64,000 bases of DNA from the human T2T-CHM13v2.0 reference genome, Homo sapiens, in assembly GCF_009914755.1 (NCBI RefSeq), contig NC_060935.1, one strand, 5' to 3'. The position numbers were made by a program, and so were the translations under genes. Under the pieces are notes generated by a model. The model saw only the letters and a list, made by a program, of their open reading frames with translations, had not been told where the DNA came from and did no database searches. Each line of letters starts with the position of its first letter. Position 1 is the first letter of the stretch. Positions 1 to 14,165 of this stretch are shown piece by piece.

Positions 1-857
1 GGGGTTTGGGTGGTAGGGCAAGGGCAACCAAAGGTGTGAGAAGCCACACCTCTGTCATATGCCTGCGAGGGAGATAAGGGAACTCTCACATTTCAAAGTG
101 TTTTAGTTGAGTAATTATTAATCTATTAGTAGTTTATTCAAATAATACAAATTTGAGCCATGAACTCTACAGATATTAGAGGATTAAACATTGTATTCTC
201 TGAGAATTTGAGGCTATTTCAATGTATTAAGGAAAAATAACCTACCTATATAATTTTTCAAATTCTGCTAGCTCCCCATTGCTTTCCAATTCCTTACCCC
301 TTAGTCACATGATCCTAAAGCAAAGTATGGCATTACAGGACTTATCCGTGGCCATTTAACAAATGTTAAGGAACTATATTAGATAGATGTAGATCCTAAG
401 CTAGATCCAGCTATACTTTCAGAAAAATAATTTTTTTTTAAATTATCTAAATTTCTGACTAGACAGATTCAAAGTATTATGATATAATTTCCCAAACTAA
501 GAAATATACCATGGGGCTTATGGGTAAAGATGAAAAATGCCACCTCTGGTTGAGAGTAATAGAGCTATACTGATAACTTTTTTTTTTTTTTTTTTTTTTT
601 GCTGGACATCAAAGCATAGAGAGGATTTTGAGATTTTTTTTTAGGTGGCAAATTTTACAGTTACTGTAGGCAAGTTGAGGGCTATTTGAGGCAAAGGGAA
701 CAGCACAAATGAAGATGAAAAATGAAAGTTTTCATTCATTGTGTGTCATATCGTTTGAAAGCAGAGCAAGGTGATAAATATAGTTATGGTCATAATTAGA
801 TGGGTTTGGATACCAGGCTAAATGTATCCATTAGGTAGTGGGCAGTAACACAGTCTC

Positions 858-1008
858 GTAATCACCCAACGGGTTCTCCTTCCTCACGGCCTACACAGAA
901 CTGATTATCAAGACAGGGAAATTGCAATAGAAAATGAGTTTAATTCACGCAGAGCCGGCTGTATGGGAAACTGGAGTTTTATTATTACTCAAATCAGTCT
1001 CCCAGAAC
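858..1008 (-). mobile_element. ERV1 LTR fragment (LTR8-like 3' end)
   Basis: Closely resembles the start of the 32888-33611 LTR (aatcacccaacgggttc...ctcaaatcagtctccc). Confidence 0.7.
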
Positions 1009-1096
1009 TTGGTATAAGAGGATGAAACTAGAAGCATTTCATAAAACAGCTAAGAATGGGAACTGGGAGAGGTAGCGACGAAAGAGATGGCAGGCA

Positions 1097-1883
1097 TGAA
1101 ACCGCCTTTGCAAAAATTATACCAGTGAGAAAACTATGAGAGTGAAAGAGAGCTAAGCTAACCCATCCCCCATCTTGCCTTCCACTTAAATATTCCTGGG
1201 CTATTGGGCCAAGCTAACTTTGGAAGTCATTTCGGCTACAGTTTAAATGACAATGGGCCTTGCCCTGAAACCCAACCACTTTTGTGAAGCTAATGGAGGC
1301 AGTCAGGCTGTGGGGAGAAGAGGAACCTGAGTCCAGCTAAGGCGCAGACTTGAGAGATTGTCAGCCGTTATTCCAGAGGTTATAAGACATGCAACTCCAT
1401 CAATTACTCCAGCAAATAACATCATTATTGTAGAATCTAAGACTGGCTTTTTGAAATATCTTTTCAGGGAAATTTTATATTTATTTTATTTATTATTTTA
1501 TTTTATTTTATCTTACCTTATCTTATTTTATTTTATTTTATTTTTGCATGTCTGACACCCGTGGTTCTACCTGGACCCAGCAACCCCACTCCTATGGCCC
1601 CACCTAGAAGCAATTCAGCCCACAGGAGGACAGCTTCAACTCCCTGTGATTTCACCCACCCCAACCAATCAGCAGCAAGCATCTGTTACCTGGCCACCCC
1701 CACCCCTTCCCCCAAGCTGCCTTTGAAAAACCCCTACCTATGAGCTTTGGACAAGATAATTTGAATATGAACTCCATCCCCCACGTGGCATGGCCAGCCT
1801 AGTGTCTCTTAAGCTCTTTCTCTACTATATTGCCATGGTTTTTCTTTATGCAGCAGGCAGGAAGAACCCCTCAGGTGGTTACC
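1097..1883 (+). mobile_element. Solo ERV1 LTR (LTR45/LTR26-like) with internal (TTTTA)n tract
   Basis: Starts TGAAACCGCCTTTGCAAAAATTAT, ends ...GGTTACC; 4-bp TSD GGCA at 1093-1096 and 1884-1887. Confidence 0.75.
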
Positions 1884-2177
1884 GGCAGGAGGCTAATCCA
1901 TAGCATGGGGGAAACAGGACAAAGCTGCATGCCAGAGTGTAGAAAATGGAAAGGGGGCAATGGAAACAACAGACATGTGAAAGAAAAACTCATAAATAGG
2001 ACTTGGAGAGTGACAGAATATGTATCAATAGGAGATAAAGATCGTTAACAGATCACATAAAAAGTTACAACTGGGATGACCAATAAAATGGCGAGCAACA
2101 CTGGTAGGACTGCTTAGGAGGGAGGATGGTATTCAGCATTCATATTTTTATTAATGATAAAATGTGTGCTTGATTAC

Positions 2178-2333
2178 CTTGGGATTTTTCGACTGTGGCC
2201 ACCACTTCTCCTAATCATATCTCCCAGGGTAAGAGTCTCATATTCCATGTATGTAGTTGCAGTCCAAGACTTCTGAATGGCATTGATAGCTTTCACAAAG
2301 TTGTGATCATACTTGTAGAGCCTATTAGAATAC
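2178..2333 (-). CDS. CTSC: Cathepsin C coding exon 4 (propeptide)
   Basis: Acceptor GGGACAG|GTATTC, donor CCAAG|GTAATC; 156 nt encoding (K)[51 protein letters not shown](R). Missing from the ORF track but in phase with exon 3. Confidence 0.97.
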
Positions 2334-2824
2334 CTGTCCCCAAAAATGAGATAATTTCAGATATAGTCTTTACTGATGTAAATAGAGTAATTAAAACAGG
2401 CATTCACACTCTGTGCCTAAGTGGAAAGTGGTACAATCTTTCAGGAAGGTAATTGGCAATATGTATCAATAGCCTAGAACAGCCTGGCATGTCTTCTCTA
2501 AAAATAAAAGTTCAAGTTAACTAAGATGCATGTATAAGGATTTTCCATGAAGTACTTTTAAACTACTAATAGATTGTAAATAACCGAAATAAATATTCTA
2601 AGATAAGGGACTGATTAATGATGTTTCATTTTCTATATATTCATTTAAAATGTCTAGAAAGTTATTTAATGATATGGAAGAGTGCTCACAACTATATTAT
2701 ATTAAATATGAGAAGATATCAAAGTTTATACATAATCATAATCAATTTATCAACTTTTGCACAGTAATATATGTATATTATATGTATATTAACGTATATG
2801 TATAATACATACATATATATGTAT

Positions 2825-2827
<3 letters not shown>

Positions 2828-2860
<33 letters not shown>
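2828..2860. repeat. (CA)n microsatellite
   Basis: ~16 CA units following a TA-rich tract. Confidence 0.95.
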
Positions 2861-2862
<2 letters not shown>

Positions 2863-3109
2863 TAAATGCATTTTTAAAATGCCAAACATGGTTACCTCTG
2901 AATGGTGGCATGAGATGCCAAGCTTTCCCCTACTCCCTACAGTTTCTACAGTGTACCTTTATAACCTTTTTAATAAGAAAAAAGAGAAAAGCAAAACCTG
3001 TATGCAACATATATACAAAATGCAAGCATTATAACCATATGATACTAAAAGAAATTATACTTTATGGACATTCGGTTTATACTTGTTACTCAGAATTTAG
3101 TTCTTGAAC

Positions 3110-3260
3110 CAATATCAGTAGCAACACCCAGAAGTTTATTAGAAATGCATACTGTAAGTACTCAGCCCAGATCACCTGAATCAGAATCTCCTTTTTTTTT
3201 TTTTTTTTTAAACAAGATCCCCAAGTGATTCACAATAACATTAAAATCTGAGCCACATTG
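3110..3260. mobile_element. MER5-type hAT MITE fragment
   Basis: ...gtttattagaaatgcat...cctgaatcagaatctc...taacaagatccccaagtgattc motifs. Confidence 0.65.
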
Positions 3261-4609
3261 GTTTACCTTGTGCCAAATGCTTGGATATATATGTAAATAG
3301 ATTCAACACACAAAGAGCATATTTACAAAGTAGAAAAATTCAGGAAGCTGATTATTCACTTAATTAAAACATTTATCATACCTGTGTGCTAGATGCTAGG
3401 AATTATAGAACTCACCATATTATTACTATTAAAAAAGAGTCTGTGGTTTCAGAGTGACTCACTATCTAAGACTTCCATAAACATTCAACTATGCAAAACA
3501 AGATATAATTAACCTGAGGAACATTTTAGGCATACTGCAAACTTTTCTTTCCCTTATAAATCATGTGTGTAGAGAGAGAATTTTGATATGGTCTAAAAAC
3601 CTAAGAGCACTGAAAATAATCAGAAAAACGTGCAACCAGGTTGATAATGTTTTAATGTTTTTGTCGAAGTTCTTTCCCACTTGTTGCAAAGTGTGAAAAA
3701 CCCAGAGACGTACCCTTATCAAGCAGATTATAAAACTGTATCATATGTATGACTACACTAACACAATAACAAAAACAAGTTATAGTTGTTTCATTGTTTC
3801 TTTAGGCAAAAGAATATATTTTAAATTGTAAATAAAATACTTTTGAGATATTTTCCCACAACGCCAGTCAATATTTCATTGACTGTAGATATTTGAGGAG
3901 CAGTAGCCTGCTCTGTTTCGCTTGCTTTATCATAACATCTAGCAAAACCTCGTGTGTTGACATGTGCATTAAAATAATGACAAGATAGCATCCTACGTCT
4001 TAAATACTATTATTTTTGGTGTTTAAGATCCAACGAGATTAAAAATAATGTATCTTACTATGGGATAACAGATCATTAAGAGCTGAAAGAGACCTCAAAG
4101 GCAATTCAGTCCCACATGCTCACTTCACAGGTGAGGCAATGTAGGTTCTGAGCACTCCGGTTGGGAGCTTCTTCACTAAATGAGAGAATGTTTGAAATAT
4201 CAAATAGAGTACAATAGTACATAGCATATCCTAAATGATAGGGTACAAAGTAAACAAGTTAAAAGTAAATGTGTAGCTCTAGGATCAAGCCAAACAAAGC
4301 TATTTAAAACCTAAACTTAAAATGAAGGGGATGAATTAGTCTAGATCTTGCCCAGCACCTTTGCAGACAATTCATCCTCCTTTAAATCATCTCTCTTACC
4401 TCTGTGCTGCAGTCATTCATTACTAATGTTGCCTGGCTTGGGATGATTTGTACATGTACATTTTTAGTGGCTTTTACAACTACATAAAACAGAAAAAGTA
4501 ACAACATTTCATCTCTTCCTTCCAAAACTAATAAAGTCTAATTTGAAATCTCCTGTTTGTGTGGTTTAGTCAGTTATAGATTTAATTTAACAGTAAACAT
4601 TAACTGCAG

Positions 4610-4982
4610 TTTATAGTCTGAATTGTGTCCCCCTCAAAATTCATACGTTGAAATTCTAACCCCCTGTATCACAGCCATATGACTGTATTTGGAGACAGAG
4701 CTTTAAAGAGGTCATTAAGGTAAAATTAGGTCATATGGGTGGGCCCCAATCCAATATGACTGATGCCCTTATAAGAAGAGGACATTAGGACAATCAGAAA
4801 AGACTGTTTAGGAGCCCAGTAAGCAAGCAGACATCTGCAAGCCAAGGAGTGTGGCCTTGGAAGAAACCAAACCTGACAACACCTCAATCTTGGACTTCTA
4901 GCCTCCAAAACTGTGAAAAAACAACCTTCCTTAAGCCACCCAGTCTGTGGTACTTTGTTATGGCAGCCCTCGCAAACCAACA
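4610..4982 (+). mobile_element. MLT1-type MaLR solo LTR
   Basis: tgaattgtgtcccc...aaattcata.gttgaa start and ...tactttgttatggcagccc end. Confidence 0.8.
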
Positions 4983-5401
4983 GGCTGCATAAATACTAAG
5001 AACTTTGATTTCAGTTATTTATGGTCTTGTTTAAAAGTTGCCCAATTAGTATCACCTATACTTGTTGCAGCATAAACATACGTATCTACTTGTATCATGC
5101 AACATGTTATTACATGGCAATAAGCAAAATGGCTTTTCTTTATTAGTAATTTGCAATTCTGTGGTCCATTACATGATTTCATTTAAAGTAATCATTGGTC
5201 CATTACTTTTGGAACACTTTGAAAAAATACTCTCAATAATGTTGGTCAATTTATTTTTCCAGTAAGGTTTTACATAGCATGCCTAATATTTCTAAGCCAA
5301 AGATATTTTGTATAATCAAACTAAAATTCCAAAAATGTACACACATATTCATATATACTATAAAACAAAACTAAACGTATGTCTCATTTGTAGCAACTCA
5401 C

Positions 5402-5568
5402 TTTTCCTGAGAATTCTTAAGGTGTGCTGTGTTGACATACACATTCTCAGAGGCAGTTCCCACCTTCTTTCCGGTGAAACAAGCCCAGTTCCGGCCCAAC
5501 ACATCATGCACCCACCCAGTCATTGTCTCGTTGCAGTAAGTGGTCACCTTGCTGCCCTCTTCTTTATA
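5402..5568 (-). CDS. CTSC: Cathepsin C coding exon 3
   Basis: Acceptor TTTGCAG|TATAAA, donor GAAAA|GTGAGT; 167 nt encoding [55 protein letters not shown](K). Confidence 0.98.
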
Positions 5569-6088
5569 CTGCAAACAAATAAGAGAAAAGAAAACCAAGT
5601 AAAATCTGTCTTCAAATTTCAGGTCCATTTCCATGGCTCTCATTCACAGTAAATGTGCCCCTTTTCAAAACAAAAACTTCACCCTGAGAGGTTACACTGT
5701 AAGAATTATTCTAGAAAAAGAAGACATACAAACTTTTCTGTGGTTAGCACTGTTGGCCACCAAACAAAATGTATATAACAAAACACTTCCAGGAATGAAG
5801 GCCAAGGGAAAACAAAACAAAACAAAACAAAAAAGAAAGAAAACAGACCATCTGGCATATTCAAGGCATTTTTCAAAAGTGACTTCACAGTCCTTACAAG
5901 AAGACTATGAGGATGCAGATGATAATAACCACATTTTACCAAGGACAAAAGGAGCTCAGCTCAGAGATAAGGAGCTCCTACCAAGGCAACAGGCTAAGTG
6001 GCAGAAACAGAATTCTCCTCAGTCTATCACACTACAATTTTCCACTGAGACAAGGGCCACACTAGGAAACTACAAGAACAAATGATGA

Positions 6089-6374
<286 letters not shown>

Positions 6375-6865
6375 GAAACAGAATCCTTTTTTTCTGTCAA
6401 TCTCTCAATTTATTAGCATATTCTGATCATGAGGGGGCTAAAGTAACCTGAGTATTAAATATATTCTTTACACTTTATTTCAGTAATATGGCCTTTTGTC
6501 TTATTTCAGTGTTAGAACTGAAAAATAACTATTATTTTTAACAGATCCAGGATTTGAACTAAGATGCTCTGGCTCCAGAGCCTAGTCACCCTCATGTTAG
6601 AACATCTCCTCATGGAGGCGGGGCACATGATCCAGGATGACTGTGTAGCATGTGGGAGACAGAAAGGGAAAATGCTGTGCTAAATTTCTGAGGAGAGACT
6701 TGGGCACAGACAATTTCAGGCTCTGACTTAATTTAATAGAAAAGACTATTTGTAGAACCTTGGGCAAGATTTTACGAGGCTTTAGTTCTGTTGCCTGTAA
6801 AATATGGAAAGTAGAAAAAAAAATCCTCAAAGGTATAAACATTCTGGGATTCCATGATCAAATGC

Positions 6866-7096
6866 AGGGTTTGGTAAACACTTCCTATAATGGCCAGACA
6901 GCAAAGACCACTAGGCTTTGCAGGCCACTTAGTTCTCTTGCAACTGTTCAACTCTGCCCTTGTAGCACAAAAGCCATCAAAAGCAAGACTCAAACAAATT
7001 GGCACAGGGGTCAACTATGTTTCTATAAAATTTCTGTTTACAAAAACAGACAGTAGGGTGGTTTTGGCTCCAGAGGTTGTAGTTTGTGGACTCCTG
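6866..7096. mobile_element. MER58A-type hAT MITE
   Basis: cagggtttggtaaac...ggccagacagcaaa...gtagtttgtggactcctg. Confidence 0.7.
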
Positions 7097-7130
7097 CTCT
7101 ACTCTAATACACATTATTTCACTTGTTTGC

Positions 7131-7312
7131 AGAGGTTGGCAAACTTCTTTTTGAAGGACTAGATAGTAAATATTTTAGGCTTGAAGGCTGGAAGACCTCA
7201 GTCACAACTACTCAACCTAAAAGGTGCAAAGGGAATACATAAATGAATGAGCTAGGCTGTGTTCCAATAAAACTTTACTTACAAAAAGAGGTTTGTAGTT
7301 TGCCAACCCCCA
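7131..7312. mobile_element. MER58A-type hAT MITE (second copy)
   Basis: cagaggttggcaaact...gtgttccaataaaacttta...gtagtttgccaacccc. Confidence 0.72.
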
Positions 7313-7546
7313 GTTTAGAGAAATGTGTGGGCTAAACTACACTTAAAGTTAAAATTACCTTATTGCATCTGACTCTCTGAATTCAAATCATATTTAGGGG
7401 GAGAGTTAAAAATGTATGGCTTTAGAATCCAGAAAAACTGGACTTGAATTGTGGGAATCACCACTCACTGTGTTATATAGCACAGGAAAAGTTACTCTGG
7501 GCTACTCATATCCGCATCTTGCTTTTATCTTTGGTGATATTCATGA

Positions 7547-7846
<300 letters not shown>

Positions 7847-9339
7847 GTTCATGATATTCTGGATCCCATATGTCTGCTTCTAGTGAAGAATGGCTTCACT
7901 AGCATGAGTTCAGTTCCCAACTACTCAAGTCCCTGCTAAAACCCTACTCAATATGATGACCATGGAAACAAAGACCCAGGACATTGTTGGGCAGCAATAT
8001 GAGAGGGTGTGTTGTGTGAAAAGGTTAATAAAATTAACTTCATACTAAACTATGTAAAACTTCTACTTTGGTAGATCGAAACAGTGTAACATGGTAACTT
8101 TATAGGATGCAACCTAAACTCCATAAAGTTGTATTATGTACTTCTCTCTGGCACTGGCTCTTGATCCTATTCTCTTCTCCTTCGTTGCATGCTGGTAAGG
8201 CAGGCCAGGTAGGGTTAGGCCGATGCTCCCTCCCACCTCTGCTGTTTGAGGAAGCAGTCTGACAATGTTTCCAGAGTTCTTAAGAGCTACTTTATAGATA
8301 TTGACACACATACACAAACAAAATGCTACACACAGGAAGACATTCACTGCAGTATAACACAAGTTAAAAATAAAAACAATAGAATGTCCTAGAAAATGCC
8401 CAAATTTAAAAAGTATTAGGTAAACAATTTATTCAAAGGAATAATGTGTAACATTGTATATGATAAACCTGAGTTCTATAGGAAAGGGGTGAGCAAACTA
8501 AAATTGGAGAAGACTGCCTATTTCTATAAATATAGTTTTACTGGAGAACAGCATGCCCATTCATTTATACATTGTCTATGGCTACTTTTGTGCCACAATG
8601 GCAGAGATTTCATACTTTATAAATATTGTACAGATTACTCATAAATCTTACAGGTTCAAGAGAACACAGAAATGATATAGTCTTGGGGGACAAAAAAAAG
8701 ACCTAAGGAAGTGGTGGAACTAGAACTAAGCATCCTACCCAATGCCATCCTCCACTTCTTCCTACAATTTGTCTTCTCACGAAGAGCCAGAGGTAAACAA
8801 TTACTAAAATCACTGACGGGAGATACCCAGAAATGACAGAAAAGGCTTTTTTTTAAACCCAAAGGGCTTCCACCTATATTATTTGAGCCTCACGATAATC
8901 TCTTTGGGATAAAATTTCTTTCTAATGAAGAAAAGGTGACTCTGCAAAATTAAATGGAGAGGAAAGGATTCAAATACAGGTTTACATGTTACAAAGGTCA
9001 TTGCTTTATCCATTGTATTCTCTAAAAAAAAAAAGGTGCAGAGAATTAACTGACTCATGAGTCACGTTCAAATTGTTGCCCAAGGCCTTTAAAGGGCTGC
9101 CTAAAATTTCTAGCAGTCCTCATAGGTGTTCTCCCATTCTTCAGGTACCTATGTTGCCTTGGCTCTTTCAGTCTTTTTACCATGCCTGCCTAGGGTTTTT
9201 GACGCAGAACAGAAAGAAAGAATAATGCCTTCAGGCCTAGACTGCCTAGACTGCTCTGCCACTGATTGGCTGTGTGATCCTGAGCAAGTCACGTTCCTCT
9301 CTGTACTTTCAGTTTCCTCATCTTTAAAACAGGAGCAAT

Positions 9340-9488
9340 GGCCAGGTACAGTGGCTCATGCCTTTAATCCCAGCACTTTGGAACGCCAAGGTTGGGGGAA
9401 TCACTTGAGGCCAGGTGTTTTGAGGTTACAGTGAGCAATGATCCAGCCACTGAACTCCGGCCTGGATGACAGAATCAGATCCATTCTC

Positions 9489-9527
<39 letters not shown>

Positions 9528-9528
9528 A
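9340..9528 (+). mobile_element. Monomer-length Alu (old or internally deleted) with (TAAA)n tail, inserted in a MIR
   Basis: Left-arm start joined to right-arm end; MIR core (ctgtgtgatcctgagcaagtcac...cagtttcctcatct) precedes it and resumes after it. Confidence 0.8.
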
Positions 9529-9924
9529 TGAAGCAGGGATGATAATTACAGACTATATCTCATGGGCTGTGTTTTATGTATACTAACTCATTTATTTTTC
9601 ACGATAGTCTATCAGGTTGTTCTTTCCACAAAAACAACTATGACAATAGGATTTTTGTTTATTCAGTACCTAGAAAACTATCTGGCACTAGGAAGTAATT
9701 AACTACTAAATGAGTGAATAAATGAATAACAGAAGAGGAAGAACAACAAATGTCAAGTCCTATTTCAACAGTTAACAAGGCACTGAGAATAGGTAAGTTT
9801 ATAATTAACAGAGGTGTGGTGATGCCAATATATCACAATGTCTGACAGTCCAAATCACAGTATTACTTCAGAAGTGCAAATGTTCCTCTCCAAAGCTGCT
9901 TCCCTATTTGTAATTTTAGGTTGA

Positions 9925-10289
<365 letters not shown>

Positions 10290-11646
10290 TTCTTATTTAA
10301 TATTCATAAAGCCAGTAATTCTTAATAGACACACTATTTATATGAGTAATCCTAAAAAACTACAACTTTGTTTTTGTTGTTATAACTTAAACCCTACACA
10401 TTCCATTAAATTGATGGAATTATTTTCCCTTTTAAAATTTTATTTTATACTATTCTTACAATCTGAAATAATGTATCAATTTTAGAACCTGAAATTATTC
10501 TGTAAAAGTACAGAGCTGCAATGCCACTCTGCACGACAACAACTTAGTAAAAGAGAGGCATTTACCAGCGGGGAAGCCAAGTACGCAGTACCTTAAGGGG
10601 GACCATCCACTGTACCCCTGTGATTTTCTTGATTTGAATGTTTTCGGGGTATGTCATTTTTTCCTGTGAAATACTTCTTTTGTGATTTCTGACGTTGTAT
10701 CACCAATTAAGAAGTTGAAGTTTTGACCCCGCTATCCAGCTTGAAATGCAGCCAAAAAATTTTTCTGAGTTTTCACTTATATAAACATCAGTCTCTGAAG
10801 ACTGCCTTGCACAGATGAGATAATTTAAGTTTCCATTCATTTATGCTAATTTCTACTGCAACAAATAGATAATTTCCTAAAATATGAAGATCAAGCCCTA
10901 GTATTTAAGTTTAAAAAACTATTATGATTCAATAACTATCCATTTGCTTCTTCAATATTACCATTAAGTTGCCACACATTCTCAAAATATCCCTTCTTCA
11001 ATTTCCCACTCATTTTATCAGCTATCCAATTAGATATACCTAGTCATAGGGAAATTTTGGAATTGAAGTTATTTTTGGGAACTGAAGTTATTTATCTTGG
11101 ATCTTTTACTTGACTGCTTTTTGACACTGAGGAGAGGGAAAAAAAAATTCCTTAAACCTGTTCTACTGTTTTCTTGATTAATAATATACTTAGCCAATGT
11201 CTGAATACTTACTTTACATAACAAACTTGGCTAGAAGACAGAGGCAGTTTAGTAAAGTGGACTCCGCCCTTTAAATCCAGTCTGTCACTTATCATTTACG
11301 TAACCTTGAGCAAGTCAAAACTAGTGAGCCTCAGTTACTTTATCTGAAAGTAGGAATGATATCTATAATTGATACTACTTTACTGGACTGCTATGAAAGA
11401 TATAGATGAAATTGAAGTTGGAAGAGTTAAAAAGTTATACAACATTAAACAAGTGACTATACTAACATTACCATCATTACCATGAAGGATACTTCATCCA
11501 TGCCTTCATAGAACTTATATTCTATCCAAAACTGCCAACTGGGCAGCTGACACTGGGACCTATCCTTTCAACCAGTGGTTTCCAGCGGAACATTGGAAAC
11601 AAAGTATTGTAACTCCCATATATATTTCTAACATAAAAATACAATT

Positions 11647-11957
11647 GGCCAGGGGCAGTGGCTCATGCCTGTAATCCCAACACTTTAGGAGGCTGAGGCG
11701 GGTGGATCACCTGAAGTCGGGATTTTGAGAGCAGCCTCACCAACATGGTGAAACCTTGTCTCTACTAATAATACAAAAATTAGCCTGGCATAGTGGCACA
11801 CGCCTGTAATCCCAGCTACTTGGGAGGATGAGGCAGAAGAATCCTTTGAACCTGGGAGGTGGAGATTGCAGTGAGCTGCAACCATGTGCCATTGCACCCC
11901 AGCCTTGGCAAAAAGAGGGAAACACCGGCTCAAAAATAAATAAATAAATAAATAAAC
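11647..11957 (+). mobile_element. AluS-type
   Basis: Full dimer with (TAAA)n tail. Confidence 0.93.
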
Positions 11958-13850
11958 TAATTAAATTGAAAACTTCCACTATTATTTAATATATGAAACA
12001 ACATTGGTGTGCCCATCAGATCTAATATCAGATGTTCATCTGTTATGTACAGTGTGCTAGTAAGTCCCTATAAGATAGTTAAGGCACAGCATATTCCCTT
12101 TTTCACATCTGCCTGCTTAAACTGACTTGAGCATCTTATCTGAATTAATCAGGCTAACACTCATAAAATGAACAAGTAGTTTAAAATATACTTGCAAAGA
12201 AACAAGGATTTGCAAATACTAATGATGCAAACATAAGAAAATGGCAGTTTTTTTATAATTACCCTATTCTGACTTCTGTCAAACATGTTGACAGAAGTTT
12301 TTAAAAACAGATGTTTTGAAATGGTTCCATCACTATAATATTTTTTTTAGTCCTAGACATCAATAAAGCAAATGTTTCAGTTAAAATTTGTCTATTAAAA
12401 TTGTCATCCCTAATACCAATTGATAATTATTCTAAATCCTTCTAAAGCTGTGACACTTTCATACTTTTAACAAAAATGTGTCAAAATCTACTGAAATTCT
12501 TTAAGATTTTAAAACACATCAGAAAATTTTGTTTCCAAATGTTGAAAATTTACAGTCATGAAAATTATCAGTAACAGGGACTCTAACATTACTTTTGGCA
12601 ACAAAATCATAATAATGAAGAATATTTTACATTATTTTCAAATGATATCTTCTTAAAATATATTTTGGGTAGGGCACAATTTTATGACATTAATAAAGTA
12701 TTTAATCGCTTAATATTTCACATTTTATAACAAATGTAGTACAGTGATACATGTATATATAATTTTCAAAATGTACCTATAGATAATTTAGAATACATAA
12801 TAAAAAATTTAGACATCCAAGTCTAATCCATCAAGATGATTTGTAATTTTGAAAAGAGTACTTTGCATGGAGTTGAATGATTTGATGATTAACCAAATAT
12901 GGAAATATTATATTCCAGCAACATTAAAAAACAAAAAATGTTTCCATTTTTGCCCTTTGTTTACTGTAGAAATCTATATACGTACAATTACCTCCATTTG
13001 CTGTCAGAAAGGAACCAGGCAAATTTTACTGAATTGGTATTTTGCCAAATCCATCAGAGTGTCACATCTTTCCTCAGAAAGAAACCAACTTCCCTATGTC
13101 AGTTCCAAGGAATAGCTATAGTTTTCTGCCTATTAACTGGACTGAACCATGCATTTAAAAAGTCGAATTGTAATAAAATGCAAAACTGCCAGGAAATAGT
13201 TACAGTGGTTACAGCCAAGCAACTTCCAGCATTTTACTGAAGGAACTGGAAGTTTACATGTGAAAATGGAGGGTCATAAATCTGTTTATTTCCAGTGCTG
13301 AAAGGACATTACATTAAAACCAAAATACACACTCCAGAATTAGCTAAGAAAACAGCAATTTACTGCACAGCAAAGTAGTCAAAGTCCCTGGGCTCATTCC
13401 TCACTTACTTACTCATAAACTCAAACCGTAAAGTTGGAAAAAAATCTTAAGAGTTCATCTAATCCACTCCTCAGCTCATGTTCCTCACTATACTCAACAG
13501 AGGTGAGGCACACCATGCAGCATTTCAAAGCTTCGGTCCTCCAGGCTTTGGGGAACCCCTGCAGTCAGAACACTCAGGATTTCCCTTGATAGCTAATTTT
13601 GTTTTTAGTAGTTTTGAAAGTTAGAACATCACTGTTTTTAACTCTGAGCCCTATCTTGGCCTCTATAGGCTTACACAAGATTAAAACATAAATAAATAAA
13701 TAGAATAAAATATAAAAGTCTAATCTCTTTTCCACTAAATCATCCAACATATATGGCCTGAGGGCCCACCATAGCCTCTAAGGACACAAAGGTAACACTT
13801 CAAAGAACACATCAATAAAACAATACCACATGACATATTACATAACATTC

Positions 13851-13871
13851 TTTATTTTACAAGTATTTATT
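13851..13871 (-). terminator. Candidate distal poly(A) signals (two AATAAA) at an L2 3' end
   Basis: Plus-strand TTTATT at 13851-13856 and 13866-13871; minus-strand GU-rich tract TGTGGTATTGTTTTATTGATGTGTTC just downstream. Confidence 0.45.
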
Positions 13872-14165
13872 GAAGGCTTATTATTGGTCATATATCGTGT
13901 AATACATAGGGAATCAAATGGTTAGTAAGATGGAGTTGATCCTTGCCCTAATGAAGTTTAAAGACCAGAGAGGAATACAAACAGGCAATTATGACACAGA
14001 ATACTAAGCCTTATTATATTCAGGGATCTTCTGACACATGTATCTGCAATTTTGTACTCACTGAATCTTCTCTTCCATAATAAAAGCATGTTGATGCAAA
14101 ATTACTCAGATAAAAGAACTCATTAGTAATTTTTAAAATTCCATATTAAATATATATACATATAT

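Noticed and set aside
1-24. G4-like motif at the window start
   Set aside because: Isolated intronic motif at the edge with no context to assess.
5633-6085. 150-aa plus-strand ORF antisense to CTSC
   Set aside because: Low-complexity, A-rich composition with no recognisable domain; probably chance.
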